Source: Candidatus Omnitrophota bacterium
Lineage (GTDB): Bacteria; Omnitrophota; Gorgyraeia; JABMRN01; RBG-13-46-9
DNA length: 64,000 nt
Reading direction: 5' to 3'
Assembly: GCA_013203315.1 (NCBI GenBank)
Contig: JABMQJ010000026.1
Location: forward strand, 56,511-120,510
Part shown: positions 61,501 to 64,000 of the stretch, in pieces
Position numbering within the stretch: position 1 is the first letter of the stretch
Layout: every line of letters starts with the position of its first letter
Notes under the pieces: model-generated
Told to the model about the DNA's origin: nothing
The model's input: the letters and a program-made list of their open reading frames with translations, nothing else
Database searches by the model: none
Program-made: the position numbers and the translations under genes

Positions 61501-64000
61501 TACTATGGTGGGGGTTGATCACGTTTGAATTAAGGGAACTGACATTGGAAGACATGGAAGAATCCAAAAAAATACTTTCACTATCCGCCGCGCAGCGTTT
61601 ACTGGAAGTAGCCGCTGATATAAACGAACGATTCGGTAGATATATCATGGATCACGGAATATATAACCGGGAAGGAGAAGAGTACGGTATAGCTGTCGGG
61701 CGGGTAAGAGTGGTTGATGATCTTTCCAAAATTGATGAAGAATTTGCAAACGCAGAAGGCGATGAGATATGGGTTATCCCGTATCCTCCCGTCAGGATAC
61801 CAGAAATTCCGGGGATAGGTTGCATTATTAGCATAGCAGGAAATAGGCACGCTATAGATACAGCAAAGGAACAATGTATACCCCTTGCAGTTATACCAAA
61901 TGCCACTAAGTTGCTGCGGGACTTCAATGATCATATGGGCATGCTTCGCGTGGATAGAGATAGGGCTGTAAGATTCAGAAATGCTTTTGAAGGAGAAGAA
62001 GGTGCGCCCAGGACAAGGTCACGTATAGATGTCAAAGTTCCGAAGGCAAGGGTAGATGGTAGGCCTATATATAGGTTAAACGATATCGATGAAAATTTTG
62101 TCACATTCGTGGGCTCAAAGGCTGCAAATCTTGGAAAAATGATCAGTGGTGACGTAAAAGTCCCCGAAGGCATAGCGCTTGCGTACTCTTTCTGGGATGC
62201 GTTTAAGCGGCATAATAATTTAGACGAAAGAATAGCCGAGATAAGAGATAAAATAAAAACCGAGGGCAAGGAAATTATAACAGAGGAGGAAGAGCTGCAA
62301 GCGGTGCTTCAGGAAATAAAAGATTTAATCATAAGCGGAGAATTTCCTGAAGAGTTAAAAGATCAATTATTTCCATATATTAATGAAATGCGCCAAACAT
62401 ACGGCGCTAACACATTATTCTATATAAGATCAAGTTTTAATTTTGAAGACCTTACTGAAAAAACTACAGCCGGACACTATGATTCTTACCCTGACGAAAA
62501 TTTTCTGGACACAAGTTCCGATGAAAACATCCTTGAAGCAGTCAAAATGGTATTTGCTTCGGCATGGAACGAAAAAGCGTTCAGGGCAAAAGTAGGAAGC
62601 GGAATCAAGGATAGCGACGTTCTGCCAGGCGTTATTATACAAGTACCGGTAAAAGCGCGTTTTGCAGGAACGATGTATACGGCAAGCCCATATTCTTATA
62701 GCCGTAATGAAATGGCTATTATGGCAAGTCATGGGCAGGGTGCGGCGGTTGTGGGTGAAGAGGGAAGGCCTGCCGAAGTAATCGTCGACAAAATAACACG
62801 AAGAATTACAATAAGGCAAAGAGAGTCATGGAAAGACATTGAACACCATGTTGCTGATGGAAAAATCGAAGTTGTATACGTTACTACGGAAGAAAGGCAA
62901 GGAGAAATATTTACAGAAGAATTGGTCAATCGCCTGAAAGAAGAAGGGGAAAGAGTAGAAGCCCTTTATGACTTTAGGCCCCAGGACATAGAGTGGTGTT
63001 ACGACACCGAAGGCAATATATGGTTTGTGCAAACAAGGCCTGCGAAGACGGAAAAGCTTCCCGCAGAAAAAATGATAGACGATGCAATATTAGACCTACT
63101 TGCGGAAATTGACGAGAGCGAACTTTTCGCCATCAAACAGGCCCAGCATAATCTGGATTTCGAAACCTTATTAACGCACCTCTACCCGGATGAAACTTCT
63201 CATGAGCTCGGGAAAGATCCGGCGCGCTATGCGGAGAGGTTAGTTTCAGCGCGGTGCTTGGCGTCTATGGCAGATAATGGCGAGGCTATAGATCAGGTGA
63301 CGTTAGATCAGGTACAAAGGATAATTGATTTATTTGAAGAAGACGGCGGTATCAGTGTCAATTTCCATGATCCGGCTTGTTCACCGCAGCTTCAATATTT
63401 CTTAAGAGGGGTAGGCCTTGCAAGCCACAACAGCGATATTCAAGCTAAAGTAAAAAAATTCTTTATCAAACTAGGAACGATCAATACAATCCAGCTATAC
63501 CATTTAATAAATTTTGAAACGGCAAAAGCACTGGTGGCCTATGGAAATTATGATGCTGCTTTGAAAAAACTAAGAAAAGCGTCGCTTGTTGTAGAATTCC
63601 CGGGCATTGCCGACAGGTCAATAAAGATTCTGGGAACAATACCTACGGAATCATCCATCAAAATGTTGGAGAAGTTTAGCGAATCTGAAAAGGCATCTGG
63701 CTGGATTAGGGAGTTTGCAAGAAGGGCTATTGATTGGTTAGAGAACCAGATGGCGCAAGAAACCGGCCCCTCAACCCTCACTACCCCCGCAACCCGCCAA
63801 AGTGCTATATCTTACTACATCGAAAGATTCACCCAAGCTTGGTGGGATGCAAAGAGTAATAAAGAAAAAGAACTCCTGATCGGCCAATACGCCGCAAGAA
63901 AAGAACGTAAAGACATATTCCGTGACCCCGTACGGTTCCTGAAAGAACACGAAAAAGTACCCCTAATACAAGGCATAATAAGAGCAGTAGGCTTAATAGC
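55560..64000 (+). CDS. Giant multidomain protein 2, paralog of giant 1 (more than 2,800 aa, runs off the window)
   Basis: GTG 55560 after GGGAG. Manual translation gives MNTWRSS...MADWKKRHAFFIKVIACIIIFAFILFDITWAQGG...IQDPHAS. No in-frame stop was seen in the parts I translated, and the ORF track lists no closed ORF in this frame. Confidence 0.92.
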   Translation, partial: MNTWRSSRKEDLIFPEQSIEGMADWKKRHAFFIKVIACIIIFAFILFDITWAQGGTPLGSGANAVKVNGKVHPDGIVIPNDAGWAHDSHFTGSDEFIFNIQDPHASLAAQHSIVKILESLTANYDLNLIALEGAEGPIDVSFLRTFPDPEIKRHAAEYLMREGRMSAGEFYAIVSQKPIKLYGIEDSKLYLKNVKVLTKFMESRQGCLPHIEGALTVLDTLTPKVYSKDLEKLVETATLHGQNKITFVAYWAVISSLIRKYNINIDIYKNLPTLLRAIEIEKTINNKELNKERKELLDELAGILAKPELEILVKKSLAYKTGKISQNDFHKYAMELAGKKNFDLSKYPNLTAFTDYILSYENIDFMLLFREVEQIETHLRESLFRNDEEIALYNYTKAVRTTKKLFDIAIGNDDYDFILNKKEYFQNDKLGEFISNAYQKYGLKHAGNYNIDLVFNKLDDGAELYNVAQMRNDAMVSNTVKAMQLNNEGAAALITGGFHSKGLAELIREKKLSYLIIMPKYEGGHERPYIAVLTQKTKPYDELLETGEYMLAVKAFCWDSDTDKMADVIMRNAVDMYKRGLTDEKKIEFVRNHCKGFLPLFDQYEEARAQWIAEMEERARLDPGRMPKTPVTKKDFYAIYGIEADAEGNPELDETGEIKVQLEKQPSVEQVTVNGTEVFVVTYQLGSRRYTGCFTVDKKGNINLLRGNKARDAKELLGKRKGKRRIGLEGIEAPEVAPIVLEEIDLSTPREIKKIKLLLGEGLAQVDEGAREEFVAQTADRFNKPIESKSDIRRAHRAFTQIANRKGYNLGKIDEEGFTQSILPMIQAKIARAPVSEAPLLAKPIAKAIEVAKTTVPEEARVSLPKTTIEVTEKPVTVPVEQTGALPEKIFEEVPVKGVIGVLAWDKVKGFFGKFISKERYENLIVPALELAYPLLGLTALSLIQRTGFVGVASLALFSWPVVIALIVVGVLFVGSHPKAVGAIIEKLTARAPSYDIQPLTKEFTQDPQYKDALHALVNTLPHPPENPEMMFADAWEAGENDQAQDREFYAKWEHSLVVLDKSGQPIGMLVAYERPAGEREGLDNISLFIHALVVNPDHQNEGIGTKLMKTAAGHLQNTGFTELEQDYDGHPLMSLQAGTQNFEVQRLYERLGFKRVGMAGDYAHVYQTDVSEIAPYSLKDAIIPASIAGFRLALALTLGLLLGPGLTALITFIVLDYTFHAGLNTLADFLKRGYGVELAKGVSSVFEFLIHIIIRRWTSSTQVHPEYLDPVFAANNIVPSFSPWLFMPEGERTAGVPLPLRLQIQSITPDLYDKLADLGLQDRYTTVHLMSVQPDADSPKVQLNLCAPDNEVRALLENPIIYDTLRRLDIKGPITLHLGFGIESFTEAAGVPSATSPALSEEEIMRRVVQNVELLRQKLEENEFGDKEILLENIAYFEGTETVVRPDFILKVAEAAGCGLLVDLGHVIINAQHFVQEPIEYLRELVNPETIGLVVEVHISIPAYREGTQDFVHGGWYGTPYGSFSQDTPGSQEVKRLLQYIVGLRKATNTGRELVVNFETEDDLSRQDVAKLAEVLEEEGIGPEGPTLTTPANRQKAIAYYKERLGEDAWNNLSKTQQEQLIGQYAAKKERKDIFRDPIKFLKEHEKVPLIQGIIRALGLIAILLATWSPILIRPLINKRTFLRYSLTLNTNFHRLYNDLAVRFGWGMLAKSKDIGEPGQPKLDITDIGTPGTHALDYQNQYTRPRTTYAKNVGRFTALTYTGNEFTIAEKGQNATNADKAFMNRIIEITDNARLQKFMQQHTEELGDVRIYLLEPAEERTALHPHFLTVVGKQFDIAGAGTSGGKEQAVYMTRAAFNDLDVELLADILINQMTLAIARYSTWRSGVEFLPGNPNSTKVRAILDRVRADDMIKAELKKVHQYDMALDKKYAIGPKKYNEVVELLQLIKTKMGEFAPAITNYQRGLRFKEALEQHDYDSAILWWGLITFELRELTLEDMEESKKILSLSAAQRLLEVAADINERFGRYIMDHGIYNREGEEYGIAVGRVRVVDDLSKIDEEFANAEGDEIWVIPYPPVRIPEIPGIGCIISIAGNRHAIDTAKEQCIPLAVIPNATKLLRDFNDHMGMLRVDRDRAVRFRNAFEGEEGAPRTRSRIDVKVPKARVDGRPIYRLNDIDENFVTFVGSKAANLGKMISGDVKVPEGIALAYSFWDAFKRHNNLDERIAEIRDKIKTEGKEIITEEEELQAVLQEIKDLIISGEFPEELKDQLFPYINEMRQTYGANTLFYIRSSFNFEDLTEKTTAGHYDSYPDENFLDTSSDENILEAVKMVFASAWNEKAFRAKVGSGIKDSDVLPGVIIQVPVKARFAGTMYTASPYSYSRNEMAIMASHGQGAAVVGEEGRPAEVIVDKITRRITIRQRESWKDIEHHVADGKIEVVYVTTEERQGEIFTEELVNRLKEEGERVEALYDFRPQDIEWCYDTEGNIWFVQTRPAKTEKLPAEKMIDDAILDLLAEIDESELFAIKQAQHNLDFETLLTHLYPDETSHELGKDPARYAERLVSARCLASMADNGEAIDQVTLDQVQRIIDLFEEDGGISVNFHDPACSPQLQYFLRGVGLASHNSDIQAKVKKFFIKLGTINTIQLYHLINFETAKALVAYGNYDAALKKLRKASLVVEFPGIADRSIKILGTIPTESSIKMLEKFSESEKASGWIREFARRAIDWLENQMAQETGPSTLTTPATRQSAISYYIERFTQAWWDAKSNKEKELLIGQYAARKERKDIFRDPVRFLKEHEKVPLIQGIIRAVGLI
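58545..59070 (+). other. Giant 2: GNAT acetyltransferase domain
   Basis: IHALVVNPDHQNEGIGTKLM (acetyl-CoA motif A) and N..VQRLYERLGF. Confidence 0.85.
59530..60290 (+). other. Giant 2: DUF692/MNIO-like (xylose-isomerase-type TIM barrel) domain
   Basis: TVH, LHLG, ILLENIAY, FILKVAEAAGCGLLVDLGHVIINA, VVEVHIS, VNFE. Confidence 0.7.
60321..64000 (+). repeat. Dispersed direct repeat in giant 2 (60321-60547 and 63774-64000)
   Basis: Offset 3453 bp. The cores 60426-60547 and 63879-64000 match at 116/122 nt. Confidence 0.92.
61686..63045 (+). other. Giant 2: phosphohistidine swivel domain plus PEP-synthase/dikinase ATP-grasp domain
   Basis: GIAVGRVRVV...GNRHAIDTAKEQCIP (His at 61848), then VGSKAANLG, VPEG, IRSSFNFED, AGHYDS, ASAWN, PQDIEW, FVQTRP. 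Confidence 0.85.

Noticed and set aside
55556-63781. ORF-track entries across the last 8.4 kb
   Set aside because: They are shadows of the unlisted giant gene 2, which has clear domain motifs on the + strand.
60321-64000. Repeat pair as a diversity-generating retroelement TR/VR
   Set aside because: Both copies are coding within one ORF, no reverse transcriptase is in the window, and the mismatches include non-adenine changes.
1-64000. tRNA or rRNA genes
   Set aside because: Intergenic space is small and no cloverleaf or rRNA-like sequence was seen.

Overview
Bacterial DNA. The domain style fits Candidatus Omnitrophota/PVC, but that is inferred. A short housekeeping block (M48 peptidase, small secreted protein, UvrD/PcrA-family helicase, ECF sigma factor) precedes one uninterrupted 49.8-kb ORF (4269-54101, 16,610 aa). 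After a 1.4-kb spacer (structured 3' region, terminator, coiled-coil ORF, IS200-type tnpA) comes a second giant paralog starting at 55560. It stays open to the window end and is absent from the supplied ORF track because it has no stop. The two giant genes share a 40-bp upstream promoter-like motif and a colinear N-terminal domain, then carry entirely different strings of enzyme domains. Giant 1: HD domains, six TolC-like repeats, GH5, GT2 synthase, CBM-like, deaminase, GDPD, HAD, HExxH, ManC-like, class II aldolase, HEAT and histidine kinase. Giant 2: GNAT, DUF692-like and a dikinase. Strongest candidate for a new system: a sigma-coregulated family of modular polyproteins. They contain internal type I, II and III (prepilin) signal peptides, recurring CPBP-like FxxxH/HxxxN membrane modules and DNA direct repeats bracketing domain cassettes. 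The 5' and 3' untranslated regions of giant 1 also carry mutually complementary repeats. All domain calls come from reading motifs by eye; no searches were run.
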